DNA from: Candidatus Saccharimonadota bacterium
GTDB lineage: Bacteria > Patescibacteriota > Saccharimonadia > Saccharimonadales > UBA4665
Assembly: GCA_002952755.1 (NCBI GenBank)
Contig: CP025011.1
Location: 1,290,001-1,322,000 of the forward strand
Length of the DNA stretch: 32,000 nt
Reading direction: 5' to 3'
The position numbers and the translations under genes are program-made. A model generated the notes under the pieces. That model was not told the origin of the DNA. It did no database searches and saw nothing but the letters and a program-made list of their open reading frames with translations. Every line of letters begins with the position of its first letter. Within the stretch, counting starts at the first letter, position 1. This document shows, in pieces, positions 1 to 12,970 of the stretch.

Positions 1-33
1 GATTACTCGACTTATTGCTAGTTTTCTCCCTAG

Positions 34-1506
<1,473 letters not shown>

Positions 1507-1655
1507 AAGAATTTGCTCTGATTCAGTCGAAAAGTAATCTTGCGATTACAAACTGACTTTCAAAACAATTCAAAATGAATTGACGTTGATTTGCACTATT
1601 CAATTTTTAATGATCTTTAGAGACAGTTGAATACGACCTCTAAACACTTAGGTAG

Positions 1656-1685
1656 ATAGTACGATAGAACACTAGAGAATGTCAA
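1656..1685 (-). promoter_or_regulatory. candidate sigma70-type promoter for the 16S rRNA gene
   Basis: Minus strand reads TTGACA (1685-1680), 18-nt spacer, TACTAT (1661-1656), about 145 nt upstream of the mature 16S 5' end and downstream of the gyrA stop. Confidence 0.45.
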
Positions 1686-1742
1686 GGTTATTATTGTCAG
1701 GAAAAGTGGTAATTGTTACAGCAGATTCTTATCAATGAATAA

Positions 1743-4322
1743 TCATTGTTCGACAACTTCTTCGTCGTCATCTTCCACTGTAGCATCAACGAGCGCAAGC
1801 GATACTACTTCGTCCTTGTCGTTCAAACGCATAATCCGTACACCTTGTGTAGCGCGCCCCAATTCAGGGATGTTCTTGAGTCCGAGTCGAATTGTCTGGC
1901 CTTGCGAGGATACAATAATCACCTCCTGGCTCTCATCACTACTTAATGACTTCACGCCAACAAGATTACCGGTTTTACTATTAACAACCGCTGAACGGAT
2001 ACCGACGCCGCCGCGAGCGTGTGCAGTAAACTGAGATATCTTCGTGCGCTTGCCATAGCCGTACTTGCTTATCACAAAAATACTTGAACCTTCTTCGACA
2101 ATATCCATCCCAATAACCTGGTCGCCGGTGCGCAAGCGGATACCGCGAACACCTCTAGATACTCTACCCATAGGTCGGACATCTTTTTCATTGAAGCGGA
2201 TCGCCTGGCCACCGGCCGTCGAGATTACAACTTCGTTATTACCATCGGTCATGCGGATCCATTTTAGGTCGTCTCCTTGGTCGAGGTTGATAGCGATAAG
2301 ACCGCTATTGCGAACGTTCTGATACTGGCTGAAAGGGGTCTTCTTAACAACGCCGCGGACTGTGCACATTATAAGGTTGCCGTCGTTGTTTCCCTGCTTA
2401 CTCACATTAATAACCGCGCTCACTGTCTCTTCTGGCTGTAACTGCAACAGGTTAACGATAGCGACACCTTTGGCGCTCAAAGAAGCAGATGGCACTTCGT
2501 ACGTCTTTAATCGGAAAACGCGGCCCTTGGTGGTAAAGAAGAGTAAATAGTCGTGCGTACTGGCATTCACTACGTGCTCGATTACATCTTCTTCGCGTGT
2601 TGTCATGCCCCGTCTGCCCTTACCGCCGCGTCCTTGGCGCTTGTAATCGGCAATGCTGCTACGCTTAATGTAGTTGGCGCTGGTGAGTGTCACTGCTACT
2701 TGCTCGTCGGGAACAAGATCCTCGTCGCTCATTTTGTCGAGCTCCTGAACCACTACACGAGTGCGGCGCTCGTCACCATACTGCTTCTTAAGCTCAAGGA
2801 GTTCGTCTTTCACGATTGCAAGGATTCGCTGCTCGTCCGCAAGGATGGCCTCAAGTTCAGCAATCAGCTTCATAAGCCCGGCTAGTTCGTCCTCAATTTT
2901 CTTGCGCTCTAGGCCTGCTAGAGTACGAAGTTGCATTGCGAGGATCGCTTTGGCCTGAATATCGCTCAACCCAAAGCGTTTAATAAGATTGGCCTGTGCC
3001 TCGTCGGTCGTCTCACTGGCCCGAATCGTAGCGATTACCTCATCGATATGATCTAAAGCAATCTTGAGACCTTCGAGAATATGTGCACGCTCTTTTGCCT
3101 TACGTAGCTCATACTCTGTGCGGCGGCGAACAACGATCCGGCGGTGCTTTATGTGCTCCTGAAGGATATCTTGCAAACCGAGCACTCTTGGCTGGATACC
3201 ATCGACTAAAGCCATCATATTATAATGAAATGACGTCTGGAGAGGGGTTAACTTATAGAGTTGGTTCAACAGCTTCTTAGGATAAGCGTCTTTTTTAAGA
3301 TCAATTACTATGCGGACGTTACCGCGCGCACTCTCATCGCGGATATCCGAGATACCCGTAACTTTCTTCTCTTTAACCAGGTCGGCGATCTTGATAACTA
3401 AGCTCTCTTTATTGAGTGCATACGGTATCTCGCTAATGATAATCTGGTGGCGGCCCTTACTGGTTTCGGAAATCTCGGCCACACCACGCACCACCACACC
3501 GCCTCTGCCAGTGGCATAAGCGGCACGTAGGGATTCCTTGCCATACACGTAACCCCCGGTAGGGAAGTCAGGCCCTTTGACATGCTTTAGCAGGTCATCA
3601 AGAGTCGCCTCAGTGTGATCAATCTGATACACGGTAGCATCAACGATTTCAGCCAAATTATGCGGAGGTATGTTAGTAGCCATCCCCACAGCGATACCAA
3701 GTTGTCCATTTAATAATAAATTAGGTAACTTGGCGGGCAGTACGCTTGGCTCTTGCAGACGGCCATCATAGTTATCGCGAAAATCAACAGTCTCTTTTTC
3801 GATGTCTACTAATAGTTCTTCAGCCAAACGAGCCATCTTCGCTTCTGTGTAACGCATCGCAGCTGGTGGATCGCCGTCCATTGAGCCGAAGTTGCCTTGT
3901 CCGTTCACAAGCATATAACGCATTGACCATGGCTGAGCCATACGGACCATCGCATCATAAATAGCGGAATCACCATGAGGGTGGTAATCACCCATTACTG
4001 CCCCGACAACGTTCGCACTCTTGCGGTGTTTAGCAGCACTACGCAGGCCGTCCCGGTTCATCGTGTATAAGATGCGGCGATGGACCGGCTTCATACCGTC
4101 GCGGACATCAGGCAAGGCGCGGTCGATAATGACGCTCATAGAATAGCGTAAGTAACTATCCTCCATAACACGCTCAACCGTGCGGAGTTCTACAAGCCTT
4201 GAGTGATCGAGACCCTCTACGATGCCACTCTCGTCATCCTCTAGAAGTTCTCCTTCTAAAGCTGGGTTGTCGTCTTTACGAAAATCATCATCAGAAGCAA
4301 TAGGTTGTTTTTGCTCGTCCAT
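1743..4322 (-). CDS. gyrA: DNA gyrase subunit A
   Basis: 859-aa ORF. QRDR-type block [26 protein letters not shown], active-site region [10 protein letters not shown], and repeated beta-pinwheel C-terminal domain. Acidic N-terminal (~45 aa) and C-terminal ([14 protein letters not shown]) extensions. Confidence 0.97.
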   Translation of the reverse strand: MDEQKQPIASDDDFRKDDNPALEGELLEDDESGIVEGLDHSRLVELRTVERVMEDSYLRYSMSVIIDRALPDVRDGMKPVHRRILYTMNRDGLRSAAKHRKSANVVGAVMGDYHPHGDSAIYDAMVRMAQPWSMRYMLVNGQGNFGSMDGDPPAAMRYTEAKMARLAEELLVDIEKETVDFRDNYDGRLQEPSVLPAKLPNLLLNGQLGIAVGMATNIPPHNLAEIVDATVYQIDHTEATLDDLLKHVKGPDFPTGGYVYGKESLRAAYATGRGGVVVRGVAEISETSKGRHQIIISEIPYALNKESLVIKIADLVKEKKVTGISDIRDESARGNVRIVIDLKKDAYPKKLLNQLYKLTPLQTSFHYNMMALVDGIQPRVLGLQDILQEHIKHRRIVVRRRTEYELRKAKERAHILEGLKIALDHIDEVIATIRASETTDEAQANLIKRFGLSDIQAKAILAMQLRTLAGLERKKIEDELAGLMKLIAELEAILADEQRILAIVKDELLELKKQYGDERRTRVVVQELDKMSDEDLVPDEQVAVTLTSANYIKRSSIADYKRQGRGGKGRRGMTTREEDVIEHVVNASTHDYLLFFTTKGRVFRLKTYEVPSASLSAKGVAIVNLLQLQPEETVSAVINVSKQGNNDGNLIMCTVRGVVKKTPFSQYQNVRNSGLIAINLDQGDDLKWIRMTDGNNEVVISTAGGQAIRFNEKDVRPMGRVSRGVRGIRLRTGDQVIGMDIVEEGSSIFVISKYGYGKRTKISQFTAHARGGVGIRSAVVNSKTGNLVGVKSLSSDESQEVIIVSSQGQTIRLGLKNIPELGRATQGVRIMRLNDKDEVVSLALVDATVEDDDEEVVEQ

Positions 4323-4323
4323 A

Positions 4324-6291
<1,968 letters not shown>

Positions 6292-6338
6292 TTAAATAAC
6301 CCTCTCGAAAATCAACTTCATGATTCCCACTTATCTAT

Positions 6339-6367
6339 AGTATAAATCAGTTTAGAACACCTTGCAA
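6339..6367 (-). promoter_or_regulatory. candidate promoter for gyrB-gyrA
   Basis: Minus strand reads TTGCAA (6367-6362), 17-nt spacer, TATACT (6344-6339), in the 91-nt gap between the upstream ATPase stop and the gyrB ATG. Confidence 0.4.
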
Positions 6368-6379
6368 CTAAGGCCAAAC

Positions 6380-9352
6380 TTAAGTTCGAGGATGTAGGTT
6401 GCCATCGGGGTCAATAAAAATCGTATCACGTCCCGTACTTGCCATATCATGACTGAGCGGTTGACCGGCAACCGGTTCAGACGACAATACCTTTTCAGCT
6501 GCATGAGAAGGTGAAGGCGCTGCAGGCAAGGGTTGTTTTTGGGCTTGCCTATGTCCGAGCGCATGGTTCGCAGGCTTGAGGTCGAACCCAGGGGGGCGTG
6601 AATCGACAGAAGCATCAGTACCCAATGATGTGGAGCTGCTCGGAGCATGCGCTGACGCTGGCGGTGCAGTCTGACTCGGCTTTGTAGGAGGTGGCGATGA
6701 CCAAGGAGAGGGGCGAACGGATAATGGACGGCTTCGCTTATTCATCCACTCATCGAGGAAGGATGGCGCCTTAGCAGGCGTAGGAGGTGCTAACGGTTGT
6801 CCACCACTAAAAGAAGAGCTTGGACTGGGCGAGGAAGCACTACCACTCCGAGAAGCTCCAAATGGTGAATCAAATGCCTGACCTCCTAAACCGGATGGAG
6901 CTGGCTTCGTTGCTAAACGCTCGAATATCTCTTTCTCCACGACACCCTTAGGCCTACCATACTTTGCCGCAGCCAGCTGCTTTAAGGCTTCAGCCAAGTG
7001 GACATTAGGATTACCTAGAGGTGGTAGTGTCGCCAGGCTAAACGGCTGTGTAGGAACACCGCCAATTAAGGTGCGCACCGCAGCATTATAGTTTGGCATG
7101 CGTAAAAGGTCGCTTGCCTCAAATGCTGGCCGCATGCGTTTAGCAAGCGCTTCAGCGTCTTCATCCTGCCCCACCCTAAAAGCTACGATGGTACCGATGT
7201 TGCCAAATACGGCATCGCGCACTTCATCGGTTAACTGTGTCGTAAACTGGTTAGCTACAATAAGATTTAGGTGATACTTACGAGCCTCGGACAAGATCGT
7301 CGCAAAAGAATCGGTAGAAAAATTCTGGAACTCGTCGACGTAGAGCGCGAAATCTTTACGATCCTTTTCCGGAATATTCGCGCGGCTCATAGCAGCTGCC
7401 TGGAATTTCATTACAAACACCATGCCAAGTAATTTTGAATTTAATTCCCCCGTTCGCCCTTTACTAAGGTTCACGAGTAAAATCTTGTGGTTATCCATAA
7501 TGTCCCGAAGGTCAAATGAGCTCTTAGTCTGGCCAATAATGTTGCGCATCATCTCGTTCGATAAGAATGCACCGAACTTACTCACGAACCAACTCACCAC
7601 TTCGCCGAACTCGTTCGATCTTTGGGACTGCGGCATTTCTTTCTGCCAGAACTCAAGTACATTAAGATCTTTTACATACTGTAGCTTTTGCTTTACATAT
7701 TGCGGATCGCGGAATAGCTTTGGGATGTCAACAAAAGTCCCACCGGCAGGATCGGCCATAATAGTAAGCGCCGCATTACGAAATAGGTGTTCGTAGCGAG
7801 GTCCCATAATACCCTGATGCTGGGGGTCGTAAAGCTTATACAGCATATTAAGAGCTTCCTGGATGAGGAAGTCTTTTTGGTCTGGAGTATTAAATTCGAA
7901 TAAATTTAACCCCATGGGATAATCCATATCTGCTGGGCAGAAATATATTACGTCTTCGGTTCGCTCCTTAGGCACCATAGCCAAAAGCTTCTCTGCAGTG
8001 TCTCCATGCGGATCAACGAAAGCGAACCCATCGCCATTCAGCATATCCTGCAGGGCCAAATTTTCGAGGTACGTAGATTTTCCGGTACCAGTTTGGCCAA
8101 CCGTATACATATGACGCTGCCGGTCAGTGATGGCAAGTCGAATAGGCTTCTTGACCCCTCTAAATATATTGTAGCCGAGCAGCAAACCAGCATCCGGCAC
8201 ATTCCGCGGTCCATCCACTTGTTTTGAATCCTGCCTTTCGAGTTGAGATGTGGGGATGCTGCGCTGGTCGGGAAAATGGAAAATAGTGGCAAGTTCAACC
8301 GAATTTAATATATTGCGATTCTGCCCCTGGGGGAAAAACCGTAATATATACGCTGTTATGAACTCGTCGATATCCTTGGCCGGAGTAAATTTGAAACCAT
8401 TTTTGCCAGGAGCATCAAACAGGGAAAAGGCAGCAACGACATTGCCGAGAATGGCTTGCGCGCGCTGGCTAATGTTAGAGGATACAGCCACTCTAATAAG
8501 CACTTCATAACCAGGGTGTCGTGTTTTATCGTCGATCGCGTCAATAGTAGCCTGATCAAGGCTGGATAAATCATTTTTAGGGCCTTTATCCTCCTTTTTT
8601 TCAGGAGGCTTTACGAAGGCCATAGCTAGTTCTTTGCCGAAACCCAATATCTTTTCAGATCCCTTACTACTATCTCCGCCCTTCCGCTTTTTGCTGGACT
8701 CAGCTAAAGCTTCCTTGCGCCAAGAGGACTCCGCCGGGCGCATCAATATTTGTATCCCTGCACCGTCCTCTTTATCGAGCGTTGAAAGTGAGTTAAGCAG
8801 CGCTTGCATCGCATCCCGCTTTAAATCTTGATAGGTCGCAATAGGATAAGCAAACGACTCCTTCAGGACGAGCTCCCCGCCTACCGTACCTCCAACCTTG
8901 CCTACCGGACTAAAGATATTATGCTCAGGGACCTCTTCGAGTCGGGCACTGTGATATGCACTGAGAACACCCTGCTTAACCACCTCCGCTAGGGCAAGGG
9001 GTACTGCTGCGTAAAAATAGACAAAACCCTTGTTCGCAATAATTTCAAAACCAAAATGACGCTGGCCATACAGTTTTGTCTTAAAACTGCCTTTTTGTAC
9101 GGTGCTGGCAATAATGTTGTATATCACGTGCGCTTTTGATATGTTCTCGTCAACAAGGTCGCGTACGTCGCGGCCAGCGACTTCCGTATCTTCACTGGGA
9201 GGCGGCAGGTGTATGAGAAGCGATATCATCTTCAAGCCGCGCTCATAATTTTTTTGTTCCCTAATTCGCTTGCGGGCCTGCACATACATTATGGGAGCAA
9301 CGATGGCCACTGCAAGAAGCATTAAAAACAGTAAGATAAAAAGTATAATCAT
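6380..9352 (-). CDS. membrane-anchored P-loop ATPase of the FtsK/HerA/TraG-VirD4 (coupling-protein-like) type with a Pro/Ser-rich C-terminal tail
   Basis: 990-aa ORF. N-terminal TM helix (MIILFILLFLMLLAVAIVAPIMYV), Walker A GQTGTGKST followed by FVDPHGD, Walker B LYVDEFQNF, then RKYHLNLIVANQ. The last ~174 aa (6383-6904) are low-complexity P/S/A-rich. Family assignment is by motif only. Confidence 0.7.
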   Translation of the reverse strand: MIILFILLFLMLLAVAIVAPIMYVQARKRIREQKNYERGLKMISLLIHLPPPSEDTEVAGRDVRDLVDENISKAHVIYNIIASTVQKGSFKTKLYGQRHFGFEIIANKGFVYFYAAVPLALAEVVKQGVLSAYHSARLEEVPEHNIFSPVGKVGGTVGGELVLKESFAYPIATYQDLKRDAMQALLNSLSTLDKEDGAGIQILMRPAESSWRKEALAESSKKRKGGDSSKGSEKILGFGKELAMAFVKPPEKKEDKGPKNDLSSLDQATIDAIDDKTRHPGYEVLIRVAVSSNISQRAQAILGNVVAAFSLFDAPGKNGFKFTPAKDIDEFITAYILRFFPQGQNRNILNSVELATIFHFPDQRSIPTSQLERQDSKQVDGPRNVPDAGLLLGYNIFRGVKKPIRLAITDRQRHMYTVGQTGTGKSTYLENLALQDMLNGDGFAFVDPHGDTAEKLLAMVPKERTEDVIYFCPADMDYPMGLNLFEFNTPDQKDFLIQEALNMLYKLYDPQHQGIMGPRYEHLFRNAALTIMADPAGGTFVDIPKLFRDPQYVKQKLQYVKDLNVLEFWQKEMPQSQRSNEFGEVVSWFVSKFGAFLSNEMMRNIIGQTKSSFDLRDIMDNHKILLVNLSKGRTGELNSKLLGMVFVMKFQAAAMSRANIPEKDRKDFALYVDEFQNFSTDSFATILSEARKYHLNLIVANQFTTQLTDEVRDAVFGNIGTIVAFRVGQDEDAEALAKRMRPAFEASDLLRMPNYNAAVRTLIGGVPTQPFSLATLPPLGNPNVHLAEALKQLAAAKYGRPKGVVEKEIFERLATKPAPSGLGGQAFDSPFGASRSGSASSPSPSSSFSGGQPLAPPTPAKAPSFLDEWMNKRSRPLSVRPSPWSSPPPTKPSQTAPPASAHAPSSSTSLGTDASVDSRPPGFDLKPANHALGHRQAQKQPLPAAPSPSHAAEKVLSSEPVAGQPLSHDMASTGRDTIFIDPDGNLHPRT

Positions 9353-9747
9353 TGGTCTTCAGCGATTTTTATCAGCTTGTTATAGCGAATTCTAAGATAA
9401 TCTGCTTTGACTTTACTTAGTTCTTTGCTCTCTGTATAAGGATCGTTTTTGGTTTGTTCAACGATACTTTTCGCTTTATTAACCCATTCTTTGTCTAAAG
9501 AATCTGGGGAGTCATCGCTAACTACCGTGTCCGGCGCCCCAGCGGGATTCATCTGCTGCATAGGAATCAAAGGCGTGGAATTTGCCATGGGCTGTGAAGG
9601 AAATTGGGGAGATGGCAATGGCTTTCCCATAGAAGGATGGTCTGAAGCGCCGTAGGCCCCATCGGGCGGAATGATGGCAGCGTTATTCAACCCACCCAAA
9701 GGCTGAGGTAAAGCCATACCTGATGATTTTTCCTGCATTGGATCCAT
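9349..9747 (-). CDS. hypothetical protein with a Pro/Gln/Met-rich N-terminal half and a helical C-terminal ~50 aa
   Basis: 132-aa ORF. AGGTG 7 nt upstream of the ATG. Its stop overlaps the ATPase start (ATGA, 9349-9352), implying translational coupling. No recognisable family. Confidence 0.6.
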   Translation of the reverse strand: MDPMQEKSSGMALPQPLGGLNNAAIIPPDGAYGASDHPSMGKPLPSPQFPSQPMANSTPLIPMQQMNPAGAPDTVVSDDSPDSLDKEWVNKAKSIVEQTKNDPYTESKELSKVKADYLRIRYNKLIKIAEDQ

Positions 9748-9811
9748 AACTATTCACCTACATTATAACAGCTTGCTCACTTAAGAACTACAGTTCCAGC
9801 AAGATGCGTCC

Positions 9812-10141
9812 TTATGTGCTGGAGCGGCCAGTTGCGCGTTCAAGATAAAAGTAGGCGATACCAAAAAGGGCCGCCGTCGTAATAATATCGCGGAGAGTAA
9901 GCTGACCAAGCGAGCGGAGTACAACCAGAAGTGTTGGGAATGCTGACACTAACAGGGCAACGCGCAAACTATCTATGAAGAAACGGATTACAATCAAAAT
10001 CGTCACAAAAAACAAAATAAAAGGAACTACTAAGATAACCGTAGGCAACTTTCTTGGTTCAGTAGAAGAAAAAAATAACCCTAAAGCCAATAGGCATGCC
10101 AGCAAAACCTTGGTTGATGCTGATATTCGCTTTATGGCCAT
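9812..10141 (-). CDS. small integral membrane protein (~4 hydrophobic segments)
   Basis: The track ORF runs 9812..10219. I prefer the internal ATG at 10141 (MAIKRISAS...), because the 26-codon extension runs through a stable hairpin (10161-10183) and a TATAAT box (10157-10152). Start is uncertain. Confidence 0.5.
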   Translation of the reverse strand: MAIKRISASTKVLLACLLALGLFFSSTEPRKLPTVILVVPFILFFVTILIVIRFFIDSLRVALLVSAFPTLLVVLRSLGQLTLRDIITTAALFGIAYFYLERATGRSST

Positions 10142-10456
10142 ATGTATTTCTATTATAAAATACTGCGGTGTAAAACCGCAGTATGTAATTATCGAGCCGC
10201 GGGTAGTAAATCCGCCCATTAATAATTAATATATAGCGCTTACTACCCTTTGGCTTTTGACTGACCGCTCTTGTAACTTTTAGGGTTACTAAGAGCGTTA
10301 TTTTGTAAGTTTTGTTTTTGCTTACTAATTAAAAGCTTACTATATCGGCTCAAAAAAGTCAATAGCCCTTACACTTCTTGGCCAGGTAGTATGTCCTCAA
10401 AAAAACGTATGTAAAAGTTATGCACAGGTTTTATTAAAAACTAACCATAATTGTTA

Positions 10457-10485
10457 TTGACAGCCCCTAAGCTAATTTATAAGAT
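10457..10485 (+). promoter_or_regulatory. candidate sigma70-type promoter
   Basis: TTGACA (10457-10462), 17-nt spacer, TAAGAT (10480-10485). It drives the hairpin-rich transcript listed next. Confidence 0.45.
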
Positions 10486-10491
10486 GGTGTT

Positions 10492-10651
10492 AGCACTTGA
10501 ATAAAAAAAGTGCTCAAAAACAAAAACAGACTTGTAACAACGGCTTCTCGCAAGCCGTTGTTCCATACATAGGGCAACAAACACCTTAGATAATCAAAAC
10601 AAAATCCTTACAGACCTCCGAAAGGTACGAGTTCGGAGGTCTTTACTTTTT
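10492..10651 (+). ncRNA. candidate ~160-nt sRNA, or terminator-controlled leader of comM
   Basis: Promoter-to-terminator unit with no ORF. Contains hairpin AGCACU...AGUGCU (10492-10514), a 9-bp hairpin CAACGGCUU-cucgc-AAGCCGUUG (10538-10560), A/C-rich single-stranded linkers, and an intrinsic terminator at 10612-10651. Confidence 0.35.
10612..10651 (+). terminator. rho-independent terminator
   Basis: 11-bp stem AGACCUCCGAA / UUCGGAGGUCU (10612-10622 / 10632-10642), 9-nt loop, then UUACUUUUU. Confidence 0.75.
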
Positions 10652-10676
10652 GGGGAAGTATAGCTATTACAGTCTC

Positions 10677-12191
10677 ATGTCAATGGCAGTTAGATCTATA
10701 CTCACAGCGGGGCTAGAAGGCATTATTGTCGATGCTGAATGTCATCTATCTAATGGGCTGCCGACTATGACCATCATTGGTCTTGGCGGAAAAGCAATAG
10801 ATGAAGCAAAGGAACGTATACGCAGCGCATTAGCAACCAACCATTTGCCCGTCCCGCGCAAAAAGATAACTATAAACTTAGCGCCTGCAGACGTACCAAA
10901 AGATACTACCAGCCTTGACCTGGCCATAGCCCTTTCTATACTACAAGCCAGCGGCCAAATTGCGCAGGCCATAAAACCCGACACAGCAGTAATAGGCGAG
11001 CTAGGCTTAGACGGCGACATACGTCCTGTCCGTGGCATTATTGGCAAGATTATAGCCGGTAGAAATAAAGGTATTCAAGAATTCTTGTTACCGCTTGCTA
11101 ATATGCCGCAAGCCCTATTGGTACCGAATGTAAAACTGACTCCTGTGCAAAATATTAAAGAACTATGCAATGGGCTTAATAATGGAGTTCTAGAGAGCTC
11201 TACAGGTACGGACGGATCCATTCTACCTTCTCTATCATCACCAACGACTACTAGTCTTAACGAAATAAGTGGTCAACTACGTGCGAAACGTGCATTGCAG
11301 ATTGTGGCAGCAGGTGGTCATAATATTCTACTAAGCGGACCGCCTGGAACCGGCAAAACGATGCTCGCGAAAGCACTGCCCTCCCTCCTGCCGCCTCTCT
11401 CGCATGATGAAATGCTGGAAGTTACCCACTTACACAGCCTTGTCAGCGGAGAGTACGATAAGCTAATCACCGATCGGCCCTTCCGATCACCGCACCATAG
11501 CGCGAGCCATGTGGCGATGGTGGGAGGAGGTGTTCACTTGCGTCCCGGCGAAATTACCCTTGCACACCGGGGAGTGCTCTTTTTGGACGAATTCCCGGAA
11601 TTCGATCGGAAAACGATTGAAGCACTTCGCCAGCCTCTTGAAGAACAGGTGGTCATTATTTCTAGGGCAAAAGATACTGCACGCTATCCCTCCAACTTCA
11701 TTTTAATAGCCACCGCCAACCCCTGTCCCTGTGGCCACTTCGGAACGAACCGCCCCTGTATTTGTAGCGCTTATAGCATTCAACACTACCGTCAAAAACT
11801 CTCCGGCCCAATAATCGATAGGATTGACTTATGTGTTGACGTCGAGGAAATTGACCACACAAAGATACTCAATATTACGGGCAAAGATAGCAATTTAGTA
11901 GTACAACAACAAATTACAAAAAGCCGAGTACTACAAGCCAAACGTTATAAAAACGTCTCTAAGCTAAATGCGGACATGACAAATCATGACTGTAAAACAG
12001 TATCCGTTTTAGAACGATCCGCTAAACTACTGCTGGATGAGGCAGCAAGTAAGCTGACTATCTCTGCCCGAGCCTACATACGAGTTATTAAGGTCGCCAG
12101 AACCATAGCTGATCTAGCTGAGTCTAAAACTATACGCATCGAACATATAACTGAAGCCTTGCAGTACAGACCGAAAACAATGCAAGAGTAG
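10677..12191 (+). CDS. comM: YifB/ComM family Mg-chelatase-like AAA+ ATPase
   Basis: N-terminal Lon-like domain (GLEGIIVDAECHLSNGLPTMTIIGLG), Walker A GPPGTGKT, Walker B VLFLDEFPEF, Cys-rich ANPCPCGHFG. The track start (TTG 10650) lies inside the upstream terminator, so ATG 10677 (or 10683) is preferred. Confidence 0.9.
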   Translation: MSMAVRSILTAGLEGIIVDAECHLSNGLPTMTIIGLGGKAIDEAKERIRSALATNHLPVPRKKITINLAPADVPKDTTSLDLAIALSILQASGQIAQAIKPDTAVIGELGLDGDIRPVRGIIGKIIAGRNKGIQEFLLPLANMPQALLVPNVKLTPVQNIKELCNGLNNGVLESSTGTDGSILPSLSSPTTTSLNEISGQLRAKRALQIVAAGGHNILLSGPPGTGKTMLAKALPSLLPPLSHDEMLEVTHLHSLVSGEYDKLITDRPFRSPHHSASHVAMVGGGVHLRPGEITLAHRGVLFLDEFPEFDRKTIEALRQPLEEQVVIISRAKDTARYPSNFILIATANPCPCGHFGTNRPCICSAYSIQHYRQKLSGPIIDRIDLCVDVEEIDHTKILNITGKDSNLVVQQQITKSRVLQAKRYKNVSKLNADMTNHDCKTVSVLERSAKLLLDEAASKLTISARAYIRVIKVARTIADLAESKTIRIEHITEALQYRPKTMQE

Positions 12192-12201
12192 CAAAGCTTT
12201 C

Positions 12202-12230
12202 TTGACCCCTGTTGTTCCATCTGTTAAAAT
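12202..12230 (+). promoter_or_regulatory. candidate promoter of infC-rpmI-rplT
   Basis: TTGACC (12202-12207), 17-nt spacer, TAAAAT (12225-12230). Confidence 0.55.
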
Positions 12231-12269
12231 AGACTCACTAATAATATAAAGGCTAAAGGAGATATCCTT

Positions 12270-12797
12270 ATCAGCAAGTTTACACGCCTGAATCACGATA
12301 TTCGGGCGCCACAAATGCGTGTAATCGACGAAAATGGCAATCAGCTAGGCATTATGTCACGTGCAGAAGCCTTACAGATAGCCGCCGACCAGGAGTTAGA
12401 TCTGGTAGAAATATCTCCAGAGGCTAGCCCTCCGGTAGTAAAAATCGTCGATTGGGGCAAGTATAATTACCAGCGCACCAAACAGTTACAAAAGAATAAG
12501 AAAAGTGCTAAGACGCTTGACGTAAAGCAAATGCGATTTGGTCTGAAGATCAGTGAGCACGATCTGGGTGTCAAAATTCGCAAAGTTACTGATTTCTTGG
12601 AAGCTGGTCATAAAGTAAAAATTACGATCTTCTACCGTGGTCGTGAACTTGCGCATAAAGAGCTCGGTTTCAAGCTTGCTGATAAGGTTATTAACGATTT
12701 CGGAGACACAATTGTTGTTGATCAAACACCAGAGTTTGCCGGAAAACAGCTTAACTTCGTTATAAGGAGTAGTCATGCCAAAATTAAAAACACATAG
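12270..12797 (+). CDS. infC: translation initiation factor IF-3, probable non-AUG (AUC) start
   Basis: The track ORF starts at ATG 12315 (MRVIDENG...). The frame stays open upstream to a TAA at 12225 and encodes SKFTRLNHDIRAPQ, matching the conserved IF-3 N-terminus (R-I-N-x-x-I-R-A-x-E-V-R-L-I). AAAGGAG (12255-12261) sits 8 nt before ATC 12270. There is no ATG/GTG/TTG in that interval. Confidence 0.85.
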   Translation: MSKFTRLNHDIRAPQMRVIDENGNQLGIMSRAEALQIAADQELDLVEISPEASPPVVKIVDWGKYNYQRTKQLQKNKKSAKTLDVKQMRFGLKISEHDLGVKIRKVTDFLEAGHKVKITIFYRGRELAHKELGFKLADKVINDFGDTIVVDQTPEFAGKQLNFVIRSSHAKIKNT

Positions 12798-12969
12798 TGG
12801 CACGAAGGACCGAGTCCGCGTAACTAAGAACGGAAAAGTCCGCGCGCACCATTCTCATGTCAGTCACTTCTTGCAGAAAAAAAGCGGCGCCCGTAAGCGT
12901 ACGTTTGCTGGCCTAGATACCATGACCAGCGCAAACAGCAAGATCATCAAGCAGAAACTAGGAGCATAG
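12775..12969 (+). CDS. rpmI: 50S ribosomal protein L35
   Basis: [22 protein letters not shown]..., 64 aa. AAGGAG SD. Overlaps the infC end by 23 nt. Confidence 0.95.
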   Translation: MPKLKTHSGTKDRVRVTKNGKVRAHHSHVSHFLQKKSGARKRTFAGLDTMTSANSKIIKQKLGA

Positions 12970-12970
12970 C

